Shown here piece after piece: positions 1-10,873 of a DNA stretch of 64,000 bases. A program made the translations under genes and the position numbers. Each line of letters starts with the position of its first letter. Position 1 is the stretch's first letter. Location of the stretch: NCBI GenBank assembly GCA_964019425.1, contig OZ025797.1, positions 1,240,001 to 1,304,000 of the forward strand. Reading direction: 5' to 3'. The notes beneath the pieces are model-generated. The model was not told the origin of the DNA, made no database searches, and saw nothing but the letters and a program-made list of their open reading frames with translations. The stretch comes from Flectonema sp. DT1601. Taxonomy: Eukaryota.

Positions 1-2374
1 AGGACCACAGCTATTCTCGATATACATCGAAAGCCTTATACGAGAATTGAATAGGTATAAACCAGCAGTCTTTGCAGATGATGTTGGGCTCGTGATGACA
101 TCTCCAGATGTTAAAGGACTGGAGGACAAAGCTAACACAGCAGTACGCATCTTCTCAAATTGGGCCGCAGCATCCCACATTTGTATAAACAAGAGCCCGG
201 GTAAAACAGAGTTCATACATGTGAGGCCGGATACCGATAGCCAAGACAATAAGTCTCCACAAGTGCTATACCCGGAGGGGCACACCTTCAAATATGTCGT
301 CACAACAGCAGAGGCCATCCGAAAAATGCTAAATAATCAGGACTCAACTACTATAGGCAATTCTAAAAAGGCGATAACACATTTCTATGTGGTTCCGCAG
401 CATAAAATAAAACGAAAATTACCGACGACAGAAACTGTATTGGTAGACATGCAGATGGAACCTAGTAAATGCTCACAACTGCAAAAGGTTCGCACCAGAG
501 GAGACATCCTGAGGATGCTACAAGGAACTGGATCTGGTCTCAAGGCTTTTGCATTTTCGGTGGTGGACAAACTACATGAAACGGATGTAGTAAGATACTT
601 GGGAGTTCTGTACGACAAAAACCTCGACTTCAAAACTCACATGCGAAAGATGATGACGGCAGCCTCCAGAGGACTGGGGCTCCTGCTAAGACTCTCCAGG
701 ATGGGATGCAGGAAGAGAACCCTCATCTGTGTTCTGGTGACCGTTGTAATGGCGAGAGTGCTCTATGGGGTTGAAAGTTTTGCCTGGCTGCTGCCAAAGA
801 GAGGTGACGTCAGTCTTGAGAGGCTAAACATCTTAATAAACAGAGCCGCTAGACAGGTAACGGGATGTCTGCCAAGCACCAGACTGAGGAACTTGTACCA
901 TGAAGCAGATATGCCGAAATTACAAGAACACATACGCTACAAGATGTGTAGGGCCTATGAAGAATTCAAATTAAGTCCCCACCTACCAGCTTGTAGCCTC
1001 ACAATGACGGAGGGAGGCCTAAACTACCCACCAAAAACAGCTTGGGGTCGCATAGTTTGGGATGAATATGTGTCGGGGATCCCGGGACTCGACAAACACA
1101 GAAGCTCGTATCACTCGGAAATCAATCCAAAGCACTATAAGATGCGATCATGGAAGGTAACTAATGCAATGGAATTCAACTACTGTTTTGGAAAAGAAGA
1201 GGCAAAAGACAAAGAAGCCGGTCTACCAATTGAAGACGTGAAGGTGTACACAGATGGGTCTATTAGACATAGGACGAAGACGTACATGACTAAGTCAGGA
1301 GCATCTGTGATAATAGTGAAGGGTAAGGAAGTTAGCATGACCGGATTCAGAATACCTGTAGCAGGAAGCTCCTACAGAACTGAACAGATAGCCGTGGAAC
1401 AAGCGATGAGGATACTCCTGAAAAACAAAAAGGCATCCGAAGGAATACTTCCCACAACAAAGACGCATATTCTAACTGACTCAATGTCGCTAATACAGGC
1501 ACTTGAGCGAGGACCTGAAGAACAGAAATCTGCTACAAACGCATCAATCTGGAAGTTAGCACTGAAACTGGAACACAGAGGTGTTAATATTAACATGCAG
1601 TATGTCCCAGCACATATGGATGTGCTGTATAATGAAATAGCAGACAAGGTGGCAAAACACGCTGCAGGTACGATAAAGAAACCTCCAGATGACAGTGTGG
1701 TACTCGAGAGTTTAGTTACTAGACTGGATATGGGAACCCTTATGACTTTTCACAAGAGAAGAAAACGAGAGGAGTGGATTGGAGCCGGCGAACAGAGGCA
1801 TCCACCTTTTGTAGAAGAACTGACGAGACCACAAGAAGTCCTAATGTCCCGCTTCAGAGTTGGACACTGTAGATCTCTTAAACTAAAAGGAATGAACGAA
1901 CAGTGCATCTTCTGTCATGGAGATACTGCAACACCGCATCATGTGCTTTTCAAGTGCAACCACTGGTGTATCCAAAAGATGAGATCATTGTACATACACA
2001 GCATGATTAATACCGAAACTGGTGAAGTAGTGAGTAAAGTAGAGGACTGCTTCTTAAAGGAGAATCAACGCAGCATGTCCAACTTTGTAGTGGTACTGGA
2101 CCAAATAGCTGAAATACTCGGAAGACCTGGAAATCCATAATTTAAAGATGCGGTTCTTAGACCAAATGAGGAAGTAAACTGAACTCTTTAGTAATTGATA
2201 AACAAAGAAAACAAAGAAGATACGAAGCCTACGGGAACCCCCCATCCCATCCCCAATCCCCACAAAAAGAAAGTTTACAGAAGAAAGAAAGAACAACCGC
2301 GCCTAACAGCGCAAACAGCAAAGCAGGTCGAAGGAACCTGCTGTGCACACAAAAAAAAAAAAAAAAAAAAAAAA
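1..2374 (+). mobile_element. Non-LTR retrotransposon (Ingi/I-like, RT + RNase H), 3' part, ending in poly(A)
   Basis: RT motifs GPQLFSIY...FADD and RYLG, RNase H, C-terminal Cys/His knuckle, A-rich 3' UTR and an A-run at ~2351-2374. Confidence 0.9.
2..2140 (+). CDS. Retroposon polyprotein, partial: RT C-terminal half, RNase H, CCHC-like knuckle
   Basis: Frame open from position 2. Motifs FADD, VYTDGS, SSYRTEQ, ILTDS, QYVPAH...NEIADKVAK, FRVGH...CIFC...HVLFKC. Confidence 0.9.
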   Translation, partial: GPQLFSIYIESLIRELNRYKPAVFADDVGLVMTSPDVKGLEDKANTAVRIFSNWAAASHICINKSPGKTEFIHVRPDTDSQDNKSPQVLYPEGHTFKYVVTTAEAIRKMLNNQDSTTIGNSKKAITHFYVVPQHKIKRKLPTTETVLVDMQMEPSKCSQLQKVRTRGDILRMLQGTGSGLKAFAFSVVDKLHETDVVRYLGVLYDKNLDFKTHMRKMMTAASRGLGLLLRLSRMGCRKRTLICVLVTVVMARVLYGVESFAWLLPKRGDVSLERLNILINRAARQVTGCLPSTRLRNLYHEADMPKLQEHIRYKMCRAYEEFKLSPHLPACSLTMTEGGLNYPPKTAWGRIVWDEYVSGIPGLDKHRSSYHSEINPKHYKMRSWKVTNAMEFNYCFGKEEAKDKEAGLPIEDVKVYTDGSIRHRTKTYMTKSGASVIIVKGKEVSMTGFRIPVAGSSYRTEQIAVEQAMRILLKNKKASEGILPTTKTHILTDSMSLIQALERGPEEQKSATNASIWKLALKLEHRGVNINMQYVPAHMDVLYNEIADKVAKHAAGTIKKPPDDSVVLESLVTRLDMGTLMTFHKRRKREEWIGAGEQRHPPFVEELTRPQEVLMSRFRVGHCRSLKLKGMNEQCIFCHGDTATPHHVLFKCNHWCIQKMRSLYIHSMINTETGEVVSKVEDCFLKENQRSMSNFVVVLDQIAEILGRPGNP

Positions 2375-2375
2375 A

Positions 2376-4060
2376 TACTTTCTTTTGATTTAAGTCTGAC
2401 AAATTGGAAAACACGGGAAACATAGGTAGGCTCCGCCTGAGGACGTAAGAAGAGCGGCAACGTAAAAATAAATGGTCACGCGTCCTTGAAATTGGACACA
2501 TGAAGCTAATTCGGTTACCATTCCTACCATCGATAAGGAAAAAACAAAGAATCGAGCATATAACTAGAGCGGTGGTCAAAGACCACTTGAACAGCCCGAA
2601 GGCCTGCCCTCAAGAGAAATTTATAAGGAGAATAGGAGAAGAAGGAGACAGGAGTGTTGGAAGAGACACTGCGACAACACCGAAGGTGATGTGCAGTTAC
2701 CCAACCAGGAGATGATTGATAATGATGAAAATACTAAAATAATAACAAATTGATATTGGCGACTACATGTCACCTACTTTATTTCCAAAGTCTAAGGTTA
2801 GATGTTTGTTCCATCCACCTTATGATCAACGCGAGTGATGGAAGCCACGCCAAAGTGAAGAGAGCTTCAAGGTTAGGAATTTCGTTGGCAATAATAAGTT
2901 CTCGATCGCGATCCCACTTGCCGGTCAGTGTTGAGAAGCCCAGGATTTTGAACCTGGCAGAGTCGAGTTTGGGAGATTGACATCCCTGCAGCAGGTGAAC
3001 CTGTGAGGACGGTTCGCCACAAAATGGGCAGTCGATTTTCTTGCGCCAGTTCTGAATTAGCGGGTGACATCCTGTCCGGAAGTTCGCTATCCGTATCTCG
3101 TCGGCTCTTTCCATCCCAGGAGGGTATTTAACGGAACGGCCTCCGATGAGGTGTTTGTAGCAGGTGTAACCACTCACGTTAAGCAGATCCTTTTTGATGC
3201 AGCGCTTAACATGTGATGATCGCGAGAAGTAAGTGCCTTTGACTAGCACAGGTCGGATGTTCTTGTTGTGCGCTGCTTCCTTTGCAAGCGCGTCAACTTC
3301 ATCGTGAAACTCGATTCCAATGTGTGAGGGGATGAATTGCAAATGCACTTTCATTTCACACATGCGCAGGTATTCTAGTATCTTGAGGGACTCAGTATTC
3401 CTCTGTCTGCACCTTCCACCCAGCAGTTCATCCAGAAGGGATTTTGAGTCCGTGAATAGCCTTACAGATCTCATTGAAGGATCTTTGCTAAACACTGTTC
3501 TCAGATGTCTAGCCGCGTTCTTCAGAGCATGTTGTTCAGCCCTGTAGCTGCAGTCAGCTTGATAAAGCCTAGACGCGTAAGCAGATCGAAGGCCGCTACG
3601 TGACTTGGCAATATGAGCCGCACCGGCCGCGCCGGAAGCAGAGTAGGAGCCATCGCAGTTGATTACCATGTCGACAGGAGGCAACGTTCCAATGTACGAC
3701 ATGAATTTTTCTTTGTCCACCGCAGGGTTCGCGGACTTCGGAAATCCGCAGCCGTTGCTAATCCTAAGGTTTGTCGGAGATACCCAGGGTTCCATCGAGT
3801 CAGGCTGTACAAGGCACTGGCTTTCACGCTGGCTGTCAATGCCAGGAAGGAGGCCAGCCCAGTAGCTTTGGGTTGAGGCGAGTCTGTTGGTACTAGGTAT
3901 CCAAGTCATGGCTTTATACCTGTAGTACGCTATCTTGGTTTGCTTTTCAATCTGACGTTTAAAAGGAAGCATGTCCGCTTCCCACAGTAGAAGTTCTCTC
4001 GGTGTGCACCTGCTGCATCCAGTAACCAGCCTGGCAACCTTCCTCAGTTCGAAATCAATA
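2376..4060 (-). mobile_element. 5'-truncated non-LTR retrotransposon, tail-to-tail with the first element
   Basis: RKVARLVTGC...WEADMLP just upstream of the tracked ORF matches element 1 RAARQVTGC...HEADMP. RNase H ORF follows, then a 3' UTR ending AAAAGAAAGT at ~2376. Confidence 0.85.
2779..3972 (-). CDS. Retroposon RNase H + zinc-knuckle region (5'-truncated ORF)
   Basis: INCDGS, CSYRAEQ, LFTDSKS, LQFIPSHIG...EVDALAK, FRTGCH...CPFC...HLLQGC. Confidence 0.85.
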   Translation of the reverse strand: MLPFKRQIEKQTKIAYYRYKAMTWIPSTNRLASTQSYWAGLLPGIDSQRESQCLVQPDSMEPWVSPTNLRISNGCGFPKSANPAVDKEKFMSYIGTLPPVDMVINCDGSYSASGAAGAAHIAKSRSGLRSAYASRLYQADCSYRAEQHALKNAARHLRTVFSKDPSMRSVRLFTDSKSLLDELLGGRCRQRNTESLKILEYLRMCEMKVHLQFIPSHIGIEFHDEVDALAKEAAHNKNIRPVLVKGTYFSRSSHVKRCIKKDLLNVSGYTCYKHLIGGRSVKYPPGMERADEIRIANFRTGCHPLIQNWRKKIDCPFCGEPSSQVHLLQGCQSPKLDSARFKILGFSTLTGKWDRDRELIIANEIPNLEALFTLAWLPSLALIIRWMEQTSNLRLWK

Positions 4061-4155
4061 CTATCAACGCAAAAACCAAGAAGAAGAATTCCTTTCTCGA
4101 TTTTTTAAAAAAAATCGAGAATTTTTTTTTCTGGTTACACTCCTTTCTTTTTTCC

Positions 4156-4810
4156 ACTTTCTTTTGGTTAAAGTCTGACAACGGGAAACATGGCAGGCTC
4201 CGCCTGAGGACGTCAGAAGAGCGTATCCCTTGTCTTTCCACTTTATTTTTCTTCTTTCTGACCTCAAAATTAGGAGATGATTAAGGAGTGTGATAATGAT
4301 ACTAATGAATTAGCAACTACGTGAAGATTTCGCGTCGCAAACATTAGCGAAAGAGTCTCGGATTCTCGCTTCCTGAATGATCGATCCAATTCAGCATAAC
4401 GCCTAAGACCTAAGCGACGAGCGCCCCTACTGAAGGGTCGAGATCTCGTTCGTTAACGGAATCAACCAGACAAATCACTCCACCAACCAGGAGCGGCCAT
4501 GCACCACTACACAATGGATCGAGAAAGAGCTCTCAATCTGTCAGTCCTTGGGGTACCTCCTGTGGCTTCGAGATATTGCCTGAGCATCACCCGTTTGATT
4601 AGACCTTGCAGAACCCTCCATAATCTTGCCAAGCAGTTTTCTGTTAGCTTCCTTTACTATCCTTGACTACGTGAGCAGGGATGAATTGAAGGTTGACGAA
4701 CGAACCCAATTTCCTAATCCCTTCAAGTATTGAAGGGAGTTTAGTTTCCTCTGCCAACCTGAGTATCGTATTTAAGATCACCATCGAGTACTTGACGCTA
4801 TCACCCATTG
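4156..4810 (-). mobile_element. Degenerate third retroposon copy related to element 2
   Basis: RNase H remnant VNLQFIPAHV (~4670-4700). C-terminus VMLNWIDHSGSENPRLFR* resembles element 2 IIRWMEQTSNLRLWK*. Same 3'-terminal motif (4156-4223 vs 2376-2455). Confidence 0.75.
4425..4550 (-). rRNA. 18S rRNA fragment (non-functional insert)
   Basis: Reverse complement reads AAGGACTGACAGATTGAGAGCTCTTTCTCGAT...GGTGCATGGCCGCTCCTGGTTGGTGGAGTGATTTGTCTGGTTGATTCCGTTAACGAACGAGATCT, a conserved eukaryotic SSU rRNA segment. Confidence 0.92.
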
Positions 4811-5475
4811 ACATGAGGACAGCGGCTGCGGCCTCTTTTTTTTCTTTAAGATTTGGCAAACCTTTTGTCTTCTATCTCAAAAAACTAACTAACTAACTAA
4901 CTAACTAAAAAAGGAATTCTACTGATCAAAAGCAAATATATGCTAGCCCGTCCTGGCGAGCTCCGATGGACATTAAGAAATCAGTTCTTTTGAAATAGAC
5001 CAATTGATGGATCCGATTTATTATTTAACTGGAATGAAGTCCCTAGAACTTACTGATGAAGGCCTAAGAGGGACAAGTAGTATAAGATTAAGGCTCCTGA
5101 AACTATGTATTCCACAGTGTATTATGGAACAGCAGAACAATGTGTTTTTATAACTTTTCTTTTTTATATTTTATTTTAGTGCACTTTTTTATATTAAACT
5201 CATATTCTAACTAACTAAAAAAGAAATCAGGAGCAAATAGCTTCCCCATTCTCCATCTTCTTTGAATAAGGTTTTCTATGGAAGAATGCTACTTACCTGC
5301 GATTTTGTCACAACCTTAGACAGCGTGGCATAATTATTAGGGCAGTAGTTGTAAAAGATGCCGAATGTCAACATCGAGAGATCAGGTCAAGTGGGATGAA
5401 CTCTTCACTGTTTAAACACCACTTCGCGCACTGCTTTAAAAACTTGTACTTTTTTTATCAGATGACGTTACAAAA

Positions 5476-6636
5476 ATGACAGGCGACTCGCTGCGATGGA
5501 TAGCAGCAATGAATGCAGGTCTTGGGGGACCAATGGCTCGCACAGGACACACTAGTGCTATAATAGAGAATAACCTTTGGGTGTTTGGCGGTTATTACAG
5601 ATTTGGTAGAAACTTATCTAAGTTACACTACATGAACCTCAGCACCTTAGAGTGGGGTGAGGTTGAAGATGCATATGAACCAGAGGCCAGAGCCAATCAC
5701 TCAGCGATAATGATAAGTAGTTGCAAGTGGTTAATCTTTGGTGGATTTAACGGAGCGCTGTACCTCAATGATATTTGTGTGTTGACTGTAAGAGAGAGGG
5801 GTGAATCTATTAGATGGGACCGTTGCATAAAGGTTTCTGGTGATACACCATCCCCAAAACAACATGCGTCAATATCTCTTATTCGTGATAAGGTTTATAT
5901 ATTTGGTGGTTATTCTCAAGGTAAAACTGTTGCGGAATTACACAGCTTGGACATATCAAAGTATGCCAGGGAATCATGTTTTGAGTGGAATAAAATAAAT
6001 GTTTCACTTGAGAACTCACCATCGAGAAGATGTGGTCACTGCTCGTGGGTAGCAGAGGAAAGATATTTAGTAATCTTTGGGGGTTATGATAATAAAGTAT
6101 TCAGCTTTGATACTAAGGAGAGTGAATGGATTCACATCGATGTTAAAAGTGAAAACCAACCAAAAGCAAGAAGACTTGCAGGAAGTCTCACGGTACCTTC
6201 AGCAGTCTTTGATGAAGGAGAGAGCGATAACCAATTTATAATAATTGGAGGAGTCTGTGATTATGATAATCGCACTTACAGCGATTCATGGACATTCGAT
6301 TACTCAACAAGAAAATGGACTGAACTCATGAATGAAGGAGATTATTATAACCCTTCGATACTTTGTCAAACACTTTCTTTATATTATCCTTTGGGTCATA
6401 CTTTAGTTGCTTCTGGTGAATCAAACAACGAGGATTGTGTTGTAATTCTTTCTTTTGCTCGAATTGATAATAACTCGTCCGTGTTTGTTATTGCTCCTCA
6501 AAACAGTAAGAGAAGATCACATTCTGATTCGAGATTGCAATCATTAGCAACTCAATACACAAGTGTTTCCTCTAAAGTAAATCAAATTAATAGTGGTAAT
6601 GCTTGCAGAGTGTGTACAATGTGTGCTGTATCTTAG
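5476..6636 (+). CDS. Kelch-repeat beta-propeller protein
   Basis: Repeated R.GH...W/Y(V/I)FGG motifs (RTGH..VFGG, RANH..IFGG, IFGGY, RRCGH..IFGG, IIGG). Confidence 0.9.
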   Translation: MTGDSLRWIAAMNAGLGGPMARTGHTSAIIENNLWVFGGYYRFGRNLSKLHYMNLSTLEWGEVEDAYEPEARANHSAIMISSCKWLIFGGFNGALYLNDICVLTVRERGESIRWDRCIKVSGDTPSPKQHASISLIRDKVYIFGGYSQGKTVAELHSLDISKYARESCFEWNKINVSLENSPSRRCGHCSWVAEERYLVIFGGYDNKVFSFDTKESEWIHIDVKSENQPKARRLAGSLTVPSAVFDEGESDNQFIIIGGVCDYDNRTYSDSWTFDYSTRKWTELMNEGDYYNPSILCQTLSLYYPLGHTLVASGESNNEDCVVILSFARIDNNSSVFVIAPQNSKRRSHSDSRLQSLATQYTSVSSKVNQINSGNACRVCTMCAVS

Positions 6637-6850
6637 TTATGAGACATTACACGATGCGATCGAAATTGTGAAGGTGTATTCAGTTCCAGTAATGTTTCTT
6701 CCCCCTTCTTAAAAAAAACAGGAAATCAAAGTGAATGATGTAACGCTGTCTGACGAGATAATAATATCCAGTTTTAATAAAGACAACTATTTCTTTTTCA
6801 GGTAGGAGTCCGTTAGAAACGGGTTGGGGGGTTCCCCCCCCTACTTTGAT

Positions 6851-7711
6851 ATGGAACAAGAACATATAATCGATGCAGAGATCGATAATAAAGAAACTAA
6901 TGCGTGTCGGATATGCGGAAGGGCTATTGGTAAGTCGTTACTAAGCATTCATGAAAAGCAATGTTCTAAAAAAAGATCTTCAAAAAGACTACTTCCGAAT
7001 AACACAACAGGAACTAATAAAAGTGGGAGTACCACTGCTGAGGATGCTCCTGTAGGTGTGACAGCAAAGTGTAAGAATTGCAGTCAAATATTTTCAGAAG
7101 AGCTGTTTGCTCTTCATCAACGAACCTGCAATGGTCAAAGAGAAAGACATGGAAAGAAGAAAGGAAGACGTCACATAAAACAACATCATGTCACTCAAGT
7201 TCACAACCCCGCTAGAAGTATTGTTTTACAAACAAATCGACTCGCGGAAGTAACACAGAGTTTACCGACACCTCAATACTCATGGGACAGTGAGTATATT
7301 AGATTAAGTAGTAAATATAATGCAATTATTTCTAATCAGAAAAAGTTGGAGACTAAACTTGAGCACCTCTTGAGTCAATACAATGGTGATGATGCGGTCA
7401 ATACTTCTTCTGATAATACAAAGCAATCGAATACTTTAGAGAATGGAGATAGCTTATGTCAGTTTATGGAGGAAATGAGACTCAAGGAAGCATCTCGAAA
7501 ACCTATTAAACCGGCAATTCGATCAGCAGAGAATTCAAGTCGTCCCGTCCCTGTTGGAGGCTATCGTCCTGTCAAAAGTAATCCGACGAGTAGGATTCCA
7601 ATTACTGCTACCCTGCCGTCTATTTATTGTAAGAAGTTTGAGGGACAATCTTCATCACGAATCCCAATTCATACGAAGAGTGACATCGGTAAGCTCGTGT
7701 GTATTGTTTAA
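6851..7711 (+). CDS. Hypothetical protein with two C2HC-type zinc fingers and a coiled coil
   Basis: CRICG...IHEKQC and CKNC...LHQRTC; first ATG at 6851. Confidence 0.7.
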   Translation: MEQEHIIDAEIDNKETNACRICGRAIGKSLLSIHEKQCSKKRSSKRLLPNNTTGTNKSGSTTAEDAPVGVTAKCKNCSQIFSEELFALHQRTCNGQRERHGKKKGRRHIKQHHVTQVHNPARSIVLQTNRLAEVTQSLPTPQYSWDSEYIRLSSKYNAIISNQKKLETKLEHLLSQYNGDDAVNTSSDNTKQSNTLENGDSLCQFMEEMRLKEASRKPIKPAIRSAENSSRPVPVGGYRPVKSNPTSRIPITATLPSIYCKKFEGQSSSRIPIHTKSDIGKLVCIV

Positions 7712-8726
7712 TAAGGGGGAACACTTTATGTTGATGACACTATTTGTTGATTTAAGTTTGTAATCTCTTCTTCGTTTATTATTTTCCTAATGCAGCAATG
7801 CATCATTTTTGAGTCACTTAGACCACTTCAATATTACTAATGTGGTATTGAGGGAGAAGTCTGTCAGTCAATTATTAGATTTGTCCAAGCTGTAGCAGAG
7901 GATCATTTCCCCCCAAAGTAATCCAATCTTGCAGCGTATGTTCTGATGAAAAAAAAAAGGAGGTTTACCACAAAAGAGTAAAGAAGAAGACGATGGTGGT
8001 ATAGACCCAGCGGTCCAAAAAAAAAAAAAAAGAAAATTTCTTTTTTCTCCTCTCTTATTGATCACTAAAAGGAATCGAGTGTTCCATTTCTATAAAGTAA
8101 AGTAAAATATCAGATTGATCATCTTTACTGTCCTCCGTGTAACAGTTAAGTATCCAGACTGCGAGAATTCAAATGAAATTTTCATTCACTTCTCTGGCTT
8201 TCGGATATACTATTGATGACTATTTGCATAAGACGTTTATTAATAATTTATTGATGTGGACGGCACGGACACATCCTTTCTATCTCCTCACAGTCAGACT
8301 GGATTACGATTTCCCCCCCCTTCTTTTTTCTATAGATTCTTTTTGTTGTCATTGCGTGCCTTATAAGTCGCCTAGTCATTCTCACGTAAGGGAGAGCTGT
8401 TAAACGAAATCAGTTAAGACTGTTGGTTGGGGATTCCAGTCACAAGTGACAGTTTTGAGCCAGCTACACCAGAATGAAAGGGGAAAAAAAAAAAAAAAAA
8501 AAGAGTTCTGTTTTATTACACTCAAAGTATAGCAGTTTTTTTTTATTTTTTTTTATTTATTATTAGTTTTGATTTTGTTATTGTTCAAAGCAACTCACCA
8601 GTTTGGTGTCATTGCTGCCGCTTATCTGAAGCATCCTCTCCCCGCAATGTTGCATTCTGTTTGGATATTTATTTGATAAATTTCAATTAATTAATTAACC
8701 TGTAGTCTACAATACAATATTAAAAC

Positions 8727-9686
8727 ATGGCCATGGACAGCAGTGCCTATGATGCTGTCAGTCGATTGAGCATCGGTAGTCTTAGCGAACAGCGCAGATC
8801 ATCACTTCCAGAGGAGGTGAAGAAATCAGGATTTAGAACGGCAGGTAATGCTGTGATTGCAATGCATCGAATTGAAGATCAGATGTTTGGGAAGAGATGG
8901 AGTGAACTTTCACCAGAAGGACAACAAGAGATTCGAAGACTTAAACAAGATCGAAGACAACAAGAACAACAGCGGAGAGCTGGTTTGGAAAAATCACGAG
9001 TGACGATTCGAAATATCGAAAGAACGTTACGACGCAACTCAGAAACACCCGCAAATCTTCAACTCCGAGGACTCTCACTCACAACAGATCTCACATCTGT
9101 TCAATCAGGTGAAATGGGCTGGACAAAGTGTTGGAGATTAAGCCCTTCAGGATCTCAACCAATTCTATCATCAAAGGCACAATATCACAACAGGTGTGAA
9201 TCCGGTGCTTGGGTAAGTCAAGAAGACCTTGAAAAGATTGGAGTCATATATATTAAATTACCTTTTAACAATCTAAAAAAACTCGACGAACTCTGCTCCG
9301 AACGCGGATACGTAAAACTCCAAAAGGAAAAACTTACAATAAAGTCACCACTACTAGATAAATGGTACTCAGAACACTTTAATACATCTGAAGCAGTCGT
9401 GTATGTGGATAGCGGTGCGTGTTATTTTGATTTTAGAGACTTGAGGAATGAGTTTATACGTCTTCACGCTGTAGCAGGTGACTGTTTGATTATTCCACCT
9501 GGTATATTCTATAGAGGATGCTTAGATCAATCACAGACTCTCTCTCTAATAAGAATGTTACTAGATGTCGATTCAGTTCCAATTCATAAAAGTGTTGTCG
9601 GATCACAGTCACATCCAGTTAGAGCGTCATATTTATCTTCAAGAAGAAGGAACAGTGTTCTCACAGATAATAATTTTATGAAATGA
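8727..9686 (+). CDS. Acireductone dioxygenase (ARD/ADI1)-like cupin protein with N-terminal extension
   Basis: EHFNTSEAVVYVDSGACYFDFRD...FIRL...GDCLIIPPGIFYR aligns with the ARD signature EHxHxxxEIRY...GSGYFDVR...WIRI...GD.I.LP.GIYHRF. Confidence 0.8.
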   Translation: MAMDSSAYDAVSRLSIGSLSEQRRSSLPEEVKKSGFRTAGNAVIAMHRIEDQMFGKRWSELSPEGQQEIRRLKQDRRQQEQQRRAGLEKSRVTIRNIERTLRRNSETPANLQLRGLSLTTDLTSVQSGEMGWTKCWRLSPSGSQPILSSKAQYHNRCESGAWVSQEDLEKIGVIYIKLPFNNLKKLDELCSERGYVKLQKEKLTIKSPLLDKWYSEHFNTSEAVVYVDSGACYFDFRDLRNEFIRLHAVAGDCLIIPPGIFYRGCLDQSQTLSLIRMLLDVDSVPIHKSVVGSQSHPVRASYLSSRRRNSVLTDNNFMK

Positions 9687-10110
9687 AAAAAAAGTATTTT
9701 TTTAACAGCAAAATACGAGAGGTAGTTGTTAATTTATCCAATTTAATGTTTTTGCAGACAATAATTATTTACCCGGTTCAGTTAATGTTTTGTTTTCTTT
9801 TTCCCCTTTTTTTTTTTTTTTTTTTTTTTATTTTTAAAAAAGTAAGTATTTTTTTTTCATTCTTTTTAAATAACATTACCAAATTCTTGTATATTTTTGA
9901 ATATTTTGATGAATTTCACAGCTATAATTAATTTTCCCTTTCCCCGTTAACAGTTTTATAAAAAACTGTTAACGGTAACATACGTAAGTGGCGCTCAACT
10001 ATGTTCACGTGGCCTACAGTGGCATTATTTATTTAGTTATTTGCAGTCATACTGCCGCTGACAGTCAAGATTGTCAAATTACTCCTTTAACCAGAAATAT
10101 CTTAAATAAA

Positions 10111-10873
10111 ATGTTAACTGGAAAAACAGCATTGGTGACGGGTGCAAGCAGGGGAATCGGTCTTGCAATCGCGAAAGCATATGCAGCGGAAGGAGCAAAA
10201 GTTGTTTGTGCAGCAAGAAATCTTGAAGGTGTAGAAAAAGAATTGGGAGACAAGGGAATCTACATTTCAACCGACATGGCTGACAAAGCGAAGGTTGACG
10301 AACTCTGTGACAAAGTACTAGCATTAGGAGGCGTAGATATTATTGTAAACAATGCTGGCATTTACAAAATTGGTAACGCTGAGTCTGGTGATCCTGATGA
10401 GTGGGACACGATGTTCCAAGTCAATGTATGTTATTGTTATTATTATTATTGTTATTGTTGTCTGTATACAACACATGAAAAACAACCATAAACAGGTTTT
10501 ATCATTAATGCGTCTAACTCGTAAACTCAGTCAGAAGATGATTGACCAGAAGAGTGGTGCTATTGTGACCATCGGATCGGTTGCTGGTGTAGAGCCGATG
10601 GGTGGTACCGCTGCTGCCTATGCTGCGTCAAAGCATGCTGTACGAGGATGGGTTCAGTCACTTTACCAATCAATGCGCCCACATGGGATTAAGGTGATGG
10701 CCATTAACCCAGGCTTTGTTAATACAGACTTGGTTGCTCAGAGTGGTTTTAGTGGAGACATGATGATTCAGACTGAGGATATTGCAAATTACGCCCTATT
10801 GCCATTCTCATCATCAGCAAACTGCGTTCCTGAGGAAATAACAGTGAGAGTCGTCCTTCCTTTGAAAAAGTAA
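10111..10873 (+). CDS. Short-chain dehydrogenase/reductase (exons 10111-10425, 10496-10873)
   Basis: TGASRGIG, NNAG, YAASK, NPGFVNT; a GT..AG intron at 10426-10495 restores the frame. Confidence 0.93.

Noticed and set aside
4165..4225. Hammerhead or HDV-like ribozyme (CTGAGGA and GAAAC present)
   Set aside because: Hammerhead stems I/III do not form; the HDV-like fold lacks P1.1, P4 and the catalytic J4/2
4425..4550. Functional rDNA unit
   Set aside because: Only ~125 nt, flanked by retroposon sequence
5035..5110. Hammerhead-like GTC...CTGATGA...GAAAC
   Set aside because: Stem I cannot pair; the region looks more like a decayed exon after an ACTAAC-rich acceptor
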